A DNA stretch of 64,000 nt from positions 13,564-77,563 of IMG/VR virus record IMGVR_UViG_3300014502_000004. One strand, given 5' to 3'. Shown here one piece after another: positions 55,101-64,000 of the stretch. This stretch comes from a virus. Position 1 is the first letter of the stretch; every line of letters starts with the position of its first letter. The notes beneath the pieces were generated by a model. That model did not search any database. It saw nothing but the letters and a program-made list of their open reading frames with translations, and was not told the origin of the DNA. The position numbers and the translations under genes were made by a program.

Positions 55101-57406
55101 ATAGGTTCATGAAGGAGCCTAAGCTACTGGATGAGAGTGGAAAGCCTATCCGTGGTTCAGAGGGTGGGTTGAATACTATGGTTACAGGTGGTGGTAAAAC
55201 TCTTGCTTCCCTTGCATCAATTGCTGGTAATCATCAAGCTCATAAGCATATGAACTATGTTGTTTCTGTTCCTCCTGGAATGGTTCAGCAGTGGGTCAAT
55301 GAAGCTAATGAGATGACCAACTTTCACACAGTTGGTCTTTTGAAGAAGGAAGAGGGCAAGACCAAACGTGAGGCTAGTAAGAATGAATTCACTGAAGGTT
55401 TTGAAGCCGCTTTGGTTGCACAGTCTGGCGAGAAGCATCCGACTCCGATTGTGGTTGGTGTACCAAATGGACCAGAGACAGCCAAGGGATATGGGATTAA
55501 AGGTTGGGGAAAAGAGCAGCAACACGAGTTCTTTAAGAAGATTCATGATTTGATCAGCAAGAATGGAAGTGTTGCTAGAAGGAACATAGTTTTTGTAATG
55601 CAACACGATGTTGATAGTAATATTCACTCTAGATTGACTAAGACTCAATTGGGTTGGGGTAGTAAATACGCCCAAGAATATCTTGGTGGGAAGAAGGCCA
55701 AGGAGGGTGATGTCATCGATCACTTCTCCAGACTTGGCGTCCGTGGTCGAATTGTAGACGAACCCCAGAAGCTTCTCTCTTCTGGTGAGACTAGCAACCG
55801 TTCCGCTGCCGGGCAGAGGATCTTTTCAAGCAAGCATCCGATGGAGTATCGGATGTTGTTGACAGCTACTCCTGCTAGGCGACAGCTCTCTGAAGCCTAC
55901 GATGCAGTCAAGTGGGTTGCCAAGACTCCGGTGATGTCTGGTGATGAGTTTGCTAGGGATGATAAAGGCAAGGTTCAATACCACGTAGTTCCAGGTCTGC
56001 CTGGTAGTGGTGATGCCTTCATGTCCAAGATGGGTGGTCTTGGCAGAGGTACATTCACCCATGATCATATCATGCAGAAGCAAGCTCAACAGATGTTCGC
56101 CAACTGGAACATTGGTGACGAACAGCGGGAGAGGCATTATCGCCAGACCACGCACAATCACGAAGTGACTAGGACTGATGCTCAGAGAATGCGTCAGATT
56201 GAAATCGAGAAAGACTCAAAGGGTATCATTCAGAAGGAACGTGAGGGTGAAGCCAAGAAACTTAAGATGTCTGTTCCTGATCTAATGAAGAAACAGAAGA
56301 TCATTGATGCCAATGCGGTGCAGCGAGGTTTGCAGTATTCCAAGGCTGAGCATCGTCAGAATATTACGGGTGCCGGTGTAGTTCGTGAGGATAGAGGGAT
56401 TGCACGTCGTACCAAGGGGGCGGCTCAGCTTCCTCGAACGGATGTCAAGAATTGGAGGCACAATTCAAAGATTAATGCTCTCATTGATCAAGTGAAGAAG
56501 CTGGTTGATGCAAATCCAGAACACAAGATTGTAGTTGTTGCAGACAATCCTGATCAGGTTGCTGCTATCAAGACTGCTCTTGAAGAGACTGTGTACAAGC
56601 CTACGGTGGCTCCTGAAGATGCTGAGAAGAAGGGTGGCTTCAAGAAGAAGATCTCTTACGTCAGCACTCTTGGCAAAATCATGAGAGGAGAGACACAGCA
56701 AGAGGCTGAGACTCCCAAACCTGAGGAGATGGAACAGCGAAAGGCTGACTTCAGAGAAGGTAAGCTCAAGGCTCTCATCATTGATGCAGATAGTGCTGCT
56801 GGTCACAATCTACAGACTGCTAACAGTATGCACATGATGAGCTACCTGGGGGATGCAGCCACACTAATGCAAGCTCAAGGTAGAGCTGATCGTCCAGGTC
56901 GTCCAGTACGTCAAGACAGAGAAGTAACCAAGGAGATCTTAGGTGTCGTCAAGCATGAGGGTACTCCTTCTCTTCTGGCTCGAAAAGCTATCTGGGATGC
57001 GATGAATGAGGCTCATGAAGAGAACCCTGACAAGTTTCCACAGAACCTTGATGTGAAGAAACTTTCTGACGGGGAAGTTGGTCGTTTGCTGGCTGATTAT
57101 CGGAAGTACAATAGTAACAAGTGGCAAGCATTGGCTCTGAAGATTGGAGTCTTCACTGAGTCTCCGCTTGAGGTTCATGCCTACCACATGATGGATGCCC
57201 CACAGGAGTTGCAGGAGTACGATCTTATCCGACGTGGAATGAAGAACAATGAGGTGACGACTCCTGCTCTGATGACAGAGCCACATGGCAAAGAGCTAGT
57301 TAGGCATACTCCTACTGGCAAGGAAATTGAGAGAGTGAAAATCAAGAGCTTGTACCTTCGTCACGATCTCATGAAGGGCAATCCTTCATTGATTGTGAGG
57401 AACTAA
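52007..57406 (+). CDS. Large polyvalent protein with SF2 (SNF2-like) helicase
   Basis: TGGGKT, IVDEPQ, LLTATP, AGHNLQ, QAQGRADR; start may be ATG 52028. Confidence 0.8.
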   Translation: MMEKRSRMRTPNLLIRDSRILGLINQVEKSLKTEMRTIPTSTSGEGERRNKVVLGFDAPIPFEDLSKAGRHSATKQRAWQKLTQAVAGTKGAPNIKRLNAGEGGSIDLGELGAGEAAWVTPQRGPAAGRHVLVAKRPDGDFALIGGMHTPNTRIDSKTDEEYLVDDQGKDLSDESGKPRKVTPEDYLTHISHRHFAFKQRQKPTTESEEEKTRRAEHAVHAEKRRKAQVEYRGARMTARKLVKTHETSLRETLGLAEGTTLTPEAHEKIAATFEKSALDFMKKKNIPLDADTKQFAAEFAKRATKCFRRERLKKIEKIQEVLLSAAKKGRDGKSTASEMKQLKQMATKIKASTDPIDETLMQSLQDLKDGNMFDADNNMDLAADQMVTSAFDHAAQLAAEETSQPEEDEDSGNLNQVKPDNQNLLDLIEADKKAATVDTGLNLSSAISRFKTAEKVKKEKKIKEKVMVPQYAQVDAEPEFENEAQQRVFFDKVGEDQTKFAASRVAADRAWAEIRRISEEAAAQGIEERPRTAVSPEELATSFESVESAMAKTGVTKDDIRKEMKLLETAQNATSPTGPGMYTVINEFWNDKSGNLLDSHMRRGSEYALSGMLSEHLPPEILATEEIQGLLGRMSTRVKFNEKSQRFEMVMGKGMQSQYGGLVHRTSASVAPVIVAHRLSQLAQRGEAERVRVRELERTIKDPESQLKRREKSEMGKEIEKLKESPFFQHFGQKDFDHMIQSVDGWNKKKILQVEDKAMDEDRALRTRIEEEEKQLATGEIIRPEDKVGVDEINPRSRLASMLQKTESLEALRRRRQENLGLALGSLETVAALNVALRESSAKGQLRAAGISKIPEEGEVGEKLKYVTSPNISERNDVRIDVPGPVEHEDPDQRDLLRHTAKLAAYDYARNQLGLSDNEIHEVDGTAMAVPRGKLAVIGVDKNGAHVRVKLGGPVTQAEIEAQASGKKTRARGLLDKIPRMSSQQSVEDRNVDIKNNQTLPTRADHPPLIRETMRSNPDLPMEMKLAQYNAYRFMKEPKLLDESGKPIRGSEGGLNTMVTGGGKTLASLASIAGNHQAHKHMNYVVSVPPGMVQQWVNEANEMTNFHTVGLLKKEEGKTKREASKNEFTEGFEAALVAQSGEKHPTPIVVGVPNGPETAKGYGIKGWGKEQQHEFFKKIHDLISKNGSVARRNIVFVMQHDVDSNIHSRLTKTQLGWGSKYAQEYLGGKKAKEGDVIDHFSRLGVRGRIVDEPQKLLSSGETSNRSAAGQRIFSSKHPMEYRMLLTATPARRQLSEAYDAVKWVAKTPVMSGDEFARDDKGKVQYHVVPGLPGSGDAFMSKMGGLGRGTFTHDHIMQKQAQQMFANWNIGDEQRERHYRQTTHNHEVTRTDAQRMRQIEIEKDSKGIIQKEREGEAKKLKMSVPDLMKKQKIIDANAVQRGLQYSKAEHRQNITGAGVVREDRGIARRTKGAAQLPRTDVKNWRHNSKINALIDQVKKLVDANPEHKIVVVADNPDQVAAIKTALEETVYKPTVAPEDAEKKGGFKKKISYVSTLGKIMRGETQQEAETPKPEEMEQRKADFREGKLKALIIDADSAAGHNLQTANSMHMMSYLGDAATLMQAQGRADRPGRPVRQDREVTKEILGVVKHEGTPSLLARKAIWDAMNEAHEENPDKFPQNLDVKKLSDGEVGRLLADYRKYNSNKWQALALKIGVFTESPLEVHAYHMMDAPQELQEYDLIRRGMKNNEVTTPALMTEPHGKELVRHTPTGKEIERVKIKSLYLRHDLMKGNPSLIVRN

Positions 57407-57663
57407 TGTCATCCAGGATCAAAGCAGTATTGGCCGAGAACACAGCCCACATGAAGGTTCTGGCTGATCGCTATGTTCAGATTCTGGTGCGTGCCCAACG
57501 TGAGATTGAGGCGGAACGACAGAAGCCTTCTCCCTCAGCATGGAAGATCACAGCTTTAGAAAACATCAGGAGTCGAGCAGAGGAGAACATAGCACGGTTC
57601 AAGAGCGGTCACGACAACATGGAGGAGTGGTTGGCTAATGCTGATCGAGACCCGATTCAATGA
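57406..57663 (+). CDS. Hypothetical protein
   Basis: GAGG RBS, coupled. Confidence 0.6.
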   Translation: MSSRIKAVLAENTAHMKVLADRYVQILVRAQREIEAERQKPSPSAWKITALENIRSRAEENIARFKSGHDNMEEWLANADRDPIQ

Positions 57664-57884
57664 TTGATCATCTCTTAGTTTGCTCTTGCGGCGAGGTCTT
57701 GGTGAAATCCCAGGAGGACACCATCAAGCTGCGCTCCAAGATTCTTATCTTCCGTGATGGGAAAGCGTTCGCTGTCTGCAAGGGCTGTAACAAGGAGTAT
57801 CCTGTCCCCGTTCAGATCGACCAGCTGTTGATGAAGTCATTGGTCGATTCCCGCCCTCATCTTTTCATCAAAAGATCCCACTAA
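57660..57884 (+). CDS. Small zinc-ribbon protein
   Basis: CSCG...CKGC; LMKSL..PHLFI tail. Confidence 0.65.
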   Translation: MIDHLLVCSCGEVLVKSQEDTIKLRSKILIFRDGKAFAVCKGCNKEYPVPVQIDQLLMKSLVDSRPHLFIKRSH

Positions 57885-57917
57885 TTTCGAGATTGATCAG
57901 GGATACTGCGAATATTC

Positions 57918-57946
57918 TTGACGGCTTTTTCTTCGATCTGTAGGTT
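57918..57946 (+). promoter_or_regulatory. sigma70-type promoter of the protease/capsid operon
   Basis: TTGACG-N17-TAGGTT. Confidence 0.6.
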
Positions 57947-57993
57947 CGATAGTCGAAGAAAGACGTAGCCTTAAAACACAAGAGGGTCTCCAG

Positions 57994-58029
57994 AAAGGGA
58001 GACGGGTCAAGAACCCGATCTCCCTTTTT
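57994..58029 (+). terminator. Terminator/attenuator hairpin
   Basis: AAAGGGAGA-CGGGT-CAAGA-ACCCG-A-TCTCCCTTTTT. Confidence 0.7.
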
Positions 58030-58045
58030 GCATTCCAGAGTCAAG

Positions 58046-58963
58046 ATGATTGATCTCATCAAGAGCGACGAATTCGACTTCTTCCTCCCCTTGGAGATCA
58101 ATCTCGCCAAGGCTGCTCAGTTCAACATTCCAGAGGTCAAGAAAACCAACGGGCGAAGTAGGATCATATTTGGAATCTCTTCCACAGAGGACATTGATCT
58201 CCAAGACGAGACAGTGTTTCAGCGTGGGATCGATTTCAGCTACTTCCTCTCTCATGGTTACTACAACAACGATCACAAGCCAGGATTCGAGAACAAGGTG
58301 GGTCAGCCTCTGGAGGCCAAGATCACTTCAGAGGGTCTGTGGACCAGGGGCTACCTTTGGGAGCCTGGGGTTCATAAGGTTGCTGATGCGATCTGGGAGC
58401 TAGCGAATGCGCTGCTCTCTTCCAACTCAGATCGCCAGCTGGGGTTCTCGATTCAGGGCAAGGTCGTGCGGCGTGAAGGCAAGCGGATCCTGAAGTGTTG
58501 GGTTCAGGACATTGCCATTACTGCTGCCCCAATCAACACCAACACCTGGCTTGATGTTGTGAAGTCTCTCTCTGAGGTTCCTGCAGAGATGTGGTGTGAA
58601 CATGAGTCGGGACTTCTCATGCCAGAACAAACCATGAAGTCGATTCCTTGTGCTTGCAAGAAGCCGTGTGGCATGTGCAAGAAGTCGATGGATGACAAAG
58701 ATACTGATCTCAAAAAGAAGAAGGAGGAAGAAGAGAAATCTCTTAATGCTGTGTCTGAGTCTGGTCGTGCTTTGACCCCACAGAGTCTAGAAGAAGGTCT
58801 CTCCGATCAGCGATGGGGTCATGTTGAAGATTCACCTAAGGATGTCAGCAAAGGTTTGTCCTTTGATGACTGTGTAGATCTGCTTCAGAAAGTACGTGGA
58901 CTTTCAAGAGTTGAGTCCATGGTCCTGACCGAAGCAGTCTTTTCGATGAACCGAGCCAACTGA
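58046..58963 (+). CDS. Prohead protease
   Basis: GISSTEDIDLQDE.V.Q.GID...F...GY.N.DH, LGFSIQG, AIT..P.N. Confidence 0.88.
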   Translation: MIDLIKSDEFDFFLPLEINLAKAAQFNIPEVKKTNGRSRIIFGISSTEDIDLQDETVFQRGIDFSYFLSHGYYNNDHKPGFENKVGQPLEAKITSEGLWTRGYLWEPGVHKVADAIWELANALLSSNSDRQLGFSIQGKVVRREGKRILKCWVQDIAITAAPINTNTWLDVVKSLSEVPAEMWCEHESGLLMPEQTMKSIPCACKKPCGMCKKSMDDKDTDLKKKKEEEEKSLNAVSESGRALTPQSLEEGLSDQRWGHVEDSPKDVSKGLSFDDCVDLLQKVRGLSRVESMVLTEAVFSMNRAN

Positions 58964-58974
58964 GGAGATTGAAG

Positions 58975-60033
58975 ATGAGCGAGAAGATCACGCAGCAGGA
59001 CTTCTTCAAGTCTCTGGAACGGCTGGAGGCACTCGCCAACGGTTCGGGTCAGGAGCAGATCGACAAGTCGCAGATCTGCACTGGTCCCAACAGCGAGGTC
59101 ACCGACTGGGCCGGCGGCAAGAAGAACGAGATCGGCAACAACTGGAATGACAGCATGACGGGTGGTGGCACTGACTATAACGGTGGTGCCAAGACGCTCA
59201 AGAAGGCCCGCAAGGAGATCGCCAAGAAGATTCGGAAGGGCACTCCCCTTGACCCGAATGAGGTGGCTCTCCTGAAGAGCGACTATGAGGCCAAGTCTAT
59301 GGGCCAGCCCCCTATGGGCTTCAAGAAGGCCGATGATGAGGGTCAGTCGTCCCTGGCTGGGCTGTTCGGCAAGAAGGACGACAAGGATGATGACAAGAAG
59401 CCCTTCCCGCCCAAGAAGGACGACGACAAGAAGGACGATGACAAGAAGAAGCCCTTCCCGCCCAAGAAGGATGACGATGAGGACGAGGATGATGAGGACG
59501 AGCCTGTGATGGGCAAGTCCCTGGCGGGTGCGGTGTCTGAGAACGAGACTCTGCGTAAGGGGATTGAGGTCAGCGAGTTCCTCGCTGAGTTCGCCAAGTC
59601 CTTCGCTATTGGTCTCCAGGGCACTGAGGCCAGGATCACGCGAAACGTGATCGGCCAGGTGCTGGGTGCTTTGAATGAGTTCACCGGGAGCCAGGCCAAT
59701 TTCAACAAGTCGCTGGCTGAGGCAGTGGTGAGTATTGGTCACGGGATCAACGGCACCATTCAGCAGGCCGAGCAGGTGGCTCAGGCCCCGGCTGGTCCGC
59801 CGAAGTCTCAGCTCCGTGCCATGCCCCAGCAGCAGCCGGGCAACGTGAACGTGCTTCAGAAGGGTCAGCAGCAGGGCAACCAGCTGAGCAAGGCTCAGAT
59901 CCTTGACCAGATGTCCGATCTGGTCGTGAAGGGCAAGCTGAACTCGCTGGAGGTCATCAAGTACGAGAGCACGAACCAGATGTCTCCGGCAACGGAGGAT
60001 ATGGTCATGAAGAGTTTCGGACAGGCGGGCTAA
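58975..60033 (+). CDS. Capsid scaffold/core protein
   Basis: Between protease and MCP; many K-S sites; KKPFPPKKDDD repeats. Confidence 0.7.
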   Translation: MSEKITQQDFFKSLERLEALANGSGQEQIDKSQICTGPNSEVTDWAGGKKNEIGNNWNDSMTGGGTDYNGGAKTLKKARKEIAKKIRKGTPLDPNEVALLKSDYEAKSMGQPPMGFKKADDEGQSSLAGLFGKKDDKDDDKKPFPPKKDDDKKDDDKKKPFPPKKDDDEDEDDEDEPVMGKSLAGAVSENETLRKGIEVSEFLAEFAKSFAIGLQGTEARITRNVIGQVLGALNEFTGSQANFNKSLAEAVVSIGHGINGTIQQAEQVAQAPAGPPKSQLRAMPQQQPGNVNVLQKGQQQGNQLSKAQILDQMSDLVVKGKLNSLEVIKYESTNQMSPATEDMVMKSFGQAG

Positions 60034-60091
60034 GCCGCCAATCAACTGACGCAGGATTAGTTTGCAAAAGCTAATCTAAGGAGGATCGAAC

Positions 60092-61546
60092 ATGTACGGT
60101 CAGATTTCACTGCGTCACTACGAAGGGCTGAACGGCTTTGGCACCGCTCCTGCGATGGACGTTGCCGAGCTGCAGAAGGCTCTTGAGGCTGGCTACCAAG
60201 TCGTCAACCAGACGGGCGGTTCCGCTCTTAGGGTTGAATCGCTTGAGGCAAGCCTTAAGGTGGTGACATTCACAAATCATCACATCAAGTTTTGGAAGAA
60301 GATTCCCAAGTCGCCTGCATACTCGACGGTTGAAGAGTACAATCAGCTGATCGATTACGGTCCTAGCTCGTTCGCGTTCACGATGGAAGGAGAACTCCCT
60401 CCCTCGACAGACACGAACTATGCGAGGCGCACCCAGCTCGTGAAATTTATGGGCACTACTCGCGAGGTTACCCACCCCGCGACGTTGATCCATCCTGCTC
60501 ACGGGGATGTGATTGCGCTCGAAAACCAGAACGGCATTCTCTGGCTGCTGGAGCGGACTGAGAACGCTCTCTTCCAGGCGGACAGCTCGCTGGCTTTCGA
60601 TGGTGAGGCTGAGCAGTGGGATGGTCTGGATGCTCTGATCGACGCTACCTCTTTCGTGGATCTGGAAGGCCAGCCCATGCAGGAGGCTGATGTCGAGGAG
60701 GCCAGCAACCTGATCATCGAGAACTTTGGTTACCCGACGGACATGTTCCTGGGTACCCGACCCATGAGTGATCTCGTCAAGACGATGTATCCTCGTGAGC
60801 GTGTGAACCTGCCGGCTCCGACCAATGGGGTCATCGGTCAGGCAGTGACTTCGATGGCTACCCAGGCGGGCACCATCGAGTTCAACCCGAGTGTGTTCCT
60901 TCGTCGGCTTCCTGTGCCGCCGACCTCCCCGACCTCTGCCAACGCTCCTGCGATCCCGGCTATGGTTGCTGCTGTGGCTACGGTTCCCGGTGCTGGTGGC
61001 ACTGGTGACTTCAACAAAGCTGCCCCTGCTGGCGACCTGAACTACTATTCCTACGTCGTGACGGCATGCAACCGTTTTGGTGAGTCCGGGATGTCCCCGC
61101 TCATGGCCAACGGTGTCCAGATGACGCAGGCTTTCAAGGATGCCTTCCGGTATATGGCTCTGGCGTGGAACAACGCTGCGGTCATTGGGGCATTCCCTCC
61201 GGAGTATTTCCGAATCTATCGGAGCACTCCTCAGACCACCAATGCTCAGGTCACGGGCGCGGCGAACTACAGTCTGATCATGCAGGTTCCTGCCATCACA
61301 CAGGTGGCTGGAGCTGCTGGCAACATCGCGAGTGACGTGAACTTCCTTCTGCCGTTCACGTACCTGGCTTATCTGGGCGAGCTGACTCCGAATGTCATCA
61401 CGTTCCGTCAGCTGGCTCCGATGATGAGGCTTGATCTTGCGGTGCTGGCTCCTGCGTACCGCTGGATGATCCTTCTGTACGGCACGCCGATCCTTTTCGC
61501 GCCGAAGAAGTGGCTCCGCATGATCAACATTGGTCAGGTGGTGTAG
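60092..61546 (+). CDS. Major capsid protein (SPO1/Twort-like)
   Basis: ELQKAL.AGY..GGSALRVESLE.SLK..TF, AYSTVEEY, EG.LP, QWDGL..LI, PMMRLDLA...ILLYG. Confidence 0.92.
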   Translation: MYGQISLRHYEGLNGFGTAPAMDVAELQKALEAGYQVVNQTGGSALRVESLEASLKVVTFTNHHIKFWKKIPKSPAYSTVEEYNQLIDYGPSSFAFTMEGELPPSTDTNYARRTQLVKFMGTTREVTHPATLIHPAHGDVIALENQNGILWLLERTENALFQADSSLAFDGEAEQWDGLDALIDATSFVDLEGQPMQEADVEEASNLIIENFGYPTDMFLGTRPMSDLVKTMYPRERVNLPAPTNGVIGQAVTSMATQAGTIEFNPSVFLRRLPVPPTSPTSANAPAIPAMVAAVATVPGAGGTGDFNKAAPAGDLNYYSYVVTACNRFGESGMSPLMANGVQMTQAFKDAFRYMALAWNNAAVIGAFPPEYFRIYRSTPQTTNAQVTGAANYSLIMQVPAITQVAGAAGNIASDVNFLLPFTYLAYLGELTPNVITFRQLAPMMRLDLAVLAPAYRWMILLYGTPILFAPKKWLRMINIGQVV

Positions 61547-61556
61547 TCGAGTTTCA

Positions 61557-61592
61557 CCCAGAGGGAGGTAATTCTCCCTCCCTCTGGGATTT
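61557..61592 (+). terminator. Terminator after MCP
   Basis: CCCAGAGGGAG...CTCCCTCTGGG hairpin followed by ATTT. Confidence 0.7.
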
Positions 61593-61599
61593 ATAGATC

Positions 61600-62223
61600 A
61601 TGCTCTGCATCATTTGCGGGAAAGAAGTTCGACCTGGAGCTAATGTTTGTAGCTCCGCTTGTGCAATAAAGGCAGTTCCACCAAAAGAGAGTGATGATAA
61701 GGAAGAGAATCAAAAGACTAAGGTTCCAAGGACAACAGTTCCGTCTTTGGTCCGTGTACTGCAAGAATCAATAAATCGTGAGAGTTTCAAGCTTCAGGAG
61801 GTTCCAATGATTCTTGTTCAGCATCGATGGATGAAGAATAGAAATCTTCTCAGCAACAGAACAGTTCTGTCGTTTAACGACAAGGGTATTGCCAGAGTGA
61901 AAGAGTTGGGGAACGTGAAGGAGGACATTGCAGCAATTATGAGGCAGCATCCTGGTCAGATGGTGATTGTAGAGAAGAACGAAGTAGTGGAGCCAACCAA
62001 GTATTCAGAGACTATAAAGAATCCAGAGCCTCCAAAGAATCCAGAGCCTCCCAAGCAGCTTGAGGTTGTACCTGTGTTTGAGGTTCTGAAGGAGAAGCTG
62101 GACCCAACCGTGATCGAGAAGCCAATCGTGGCAGAGAAGAAACTGGAACCAGTTGCTGCTCCATCGGAAGCTCCCAAGAAGAAGAAGCAGCCGATGGTGA
62201 AGCCCAAGGCAGAAGAGGAATAG
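61600..62223 (+). CDS. Hypothetical protein
   Basis: CxxC..CSSAC N-terminus; KNPEPP repeat. Confidence 0.55.
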   Translation: MLCIICGKEVRPGANVCSSACAIKAVPPKESDDKEENQKTKVPRTTVPSLVRVLQESINRESFKLQEVPMILVQHRWMKNRNLLSNRTVLSFNDKGIARVKELGNVKEDIAAIMRQHPGQMVIVEKNEVVEPTKYSETIKNPEPPKNPEPPKQLEVVPVFEVLKEKLDPTVIEKPIVAEKKLEPVAAPSEAPKKKKQPMVKPKAEEE

Positions 62224-62232
62224 GAGAAGACG

Positions 62233-62481
62233 ATGGCGAACGTGAAGACTCTCCCCGTCATTGGGGATACTGGATCACAGGATGTGGCTCAGCTTGTCAA
62301 GAACTTCAACGCTCTGGTTGATGTGCTGGGGACTATGATCACCAGCATGAAGTCATCGGCAGGTTTCGTTGCTGACCTGCAGACGATTGCTACCACAGCC
62401 GAGACAGCTCTTGTGGCTACTGTTGATAAGCTCAAGTTGCAGCCCAACACTCCGCTTGCTCCGGGAATGAAGGCTGTCTAG
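62233..62481 (+). CDS. Small virion protein
   Basis: AGGAG RBS; codon bias of structural genes. Confidence 0.6.
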   Translation: MANVKTLPVIGDTGSQDVAQLVKNFNALVDVLGTMITSMKSSAGFVADLQTIATTAETALVATVDKLKLQPNTPLAPGMKAV

Positions 62482-62596
62482 AAACTTGCTCATCTGCTTC
62501 CTATCTTGATACTCCAACACCCTTTGGGTGTTCGGCATTGAAGAAGTCCTCTTTGTGACCCCACCTTGTTGGGGCTTTTGAAAATCGGAGGAACAA

Positions 62597-62914
62597 ATGA
62601 AGCCTGGCATAGCGGTCCACCCTAAGCTCAATGGCTTTGGGGCGGCTCCAGATGCAGCTAGCACTCCAGAAGGTGTGGAGGTTAGCTTTGATCTTGGGGT
62701 GAACCGAAATCGTCAATCAACAAGCCAAGTCATTGTCACAAACAGGGAAGCCTTGGCAGGGAACACCTTGGAGGTGAGCTTTGCTGAGGGACGTTTGTGG
62801 TTCGCCATTGCTCCTAGAACCACGATTGCCTTCCCTGTGATGACACACAGAATGAGGCTTCGCGGAACGACAGGAGCTACTGCGCTCTATTCGGTTATGG
62901 GCATCATAACGTAG
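62597..62914 (+). CDS. Small beta-rich virion protein
   Basis: GGAGG RBS. Confidence 0.6.
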   Translation: MKPGIAVHPKLNGFGAAPDAASTPEGVEVSFDLGVNRNRQSTSQVIVTNREALAGNTLEVSFAEGRLWFAIAPRTTIAFPVMTHRMRLRGTTGATALYSVMGIIT

Positions 62915-62927
62915 TGCCGAGGCAGCT

Positions 62928-64000
<1,073 letters not shown>

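Noticed and set aside
58885-60045. 386-aa minus-strand ORF and other long antisense ORFs
   Set aside because: Shadows of codon-biased + strand genes; no recognisable motifs

Overview
64 kb of a large tailed dsDNA bacteriophage. All supportable genes lie on the + strand and read in the standard code. (i) ~1-14 kb, replication, recombination and nucleotide module: PolA, UvsY-like, gp32-like SSB, HNH, RecA/UvsX, SbcD/SbcC, dNMP kinase, tRNA-Thr, ThyX, RuvC-like. (ii) ~14-20 kb: NYN nuclease, intein-containing lambda-gpA-type terminase, RNase H and an HTH/TerS candidate. (iii) ~20-23.5 kb: a strand-skewed, repeat-rich zone (12 co-oriented CATACAAG copies) that looks like a genome end, pac site or origin. 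(iv) ~23.6-35 kb: small accessory genes including a Tad1-like anti-Thoeris sponge, a deoxynucleoside kinase, KTSC, and a 58-aa bacterial-type histone missed by the ORF track. (v) ~35-64 kb, head module: ~19 kb of putative virion-packaged cargo/polyvalent proteins sit between portal and prohead protease, followed by scaffold, SPO1/Twort-like major capsid protein and a collagen-like protein. The cargo includes MuF-C39 peptidase, a sigma70-topoisomerase IB-pyrophosphatase polyprotein, a GNAT-like protein and an SF2 helicase. The best candidate new system is an inferred virion-delivered, protease-processed sigma factor. It may read a conserved non-canonical promoter (TGTAAAA-N12-TTGTACTATAGG, 3 exact copies) lying upstream of the recombination operon, the accessory region and the phage histone. 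All assignments come from motif recognition by eye; no database searches were run.
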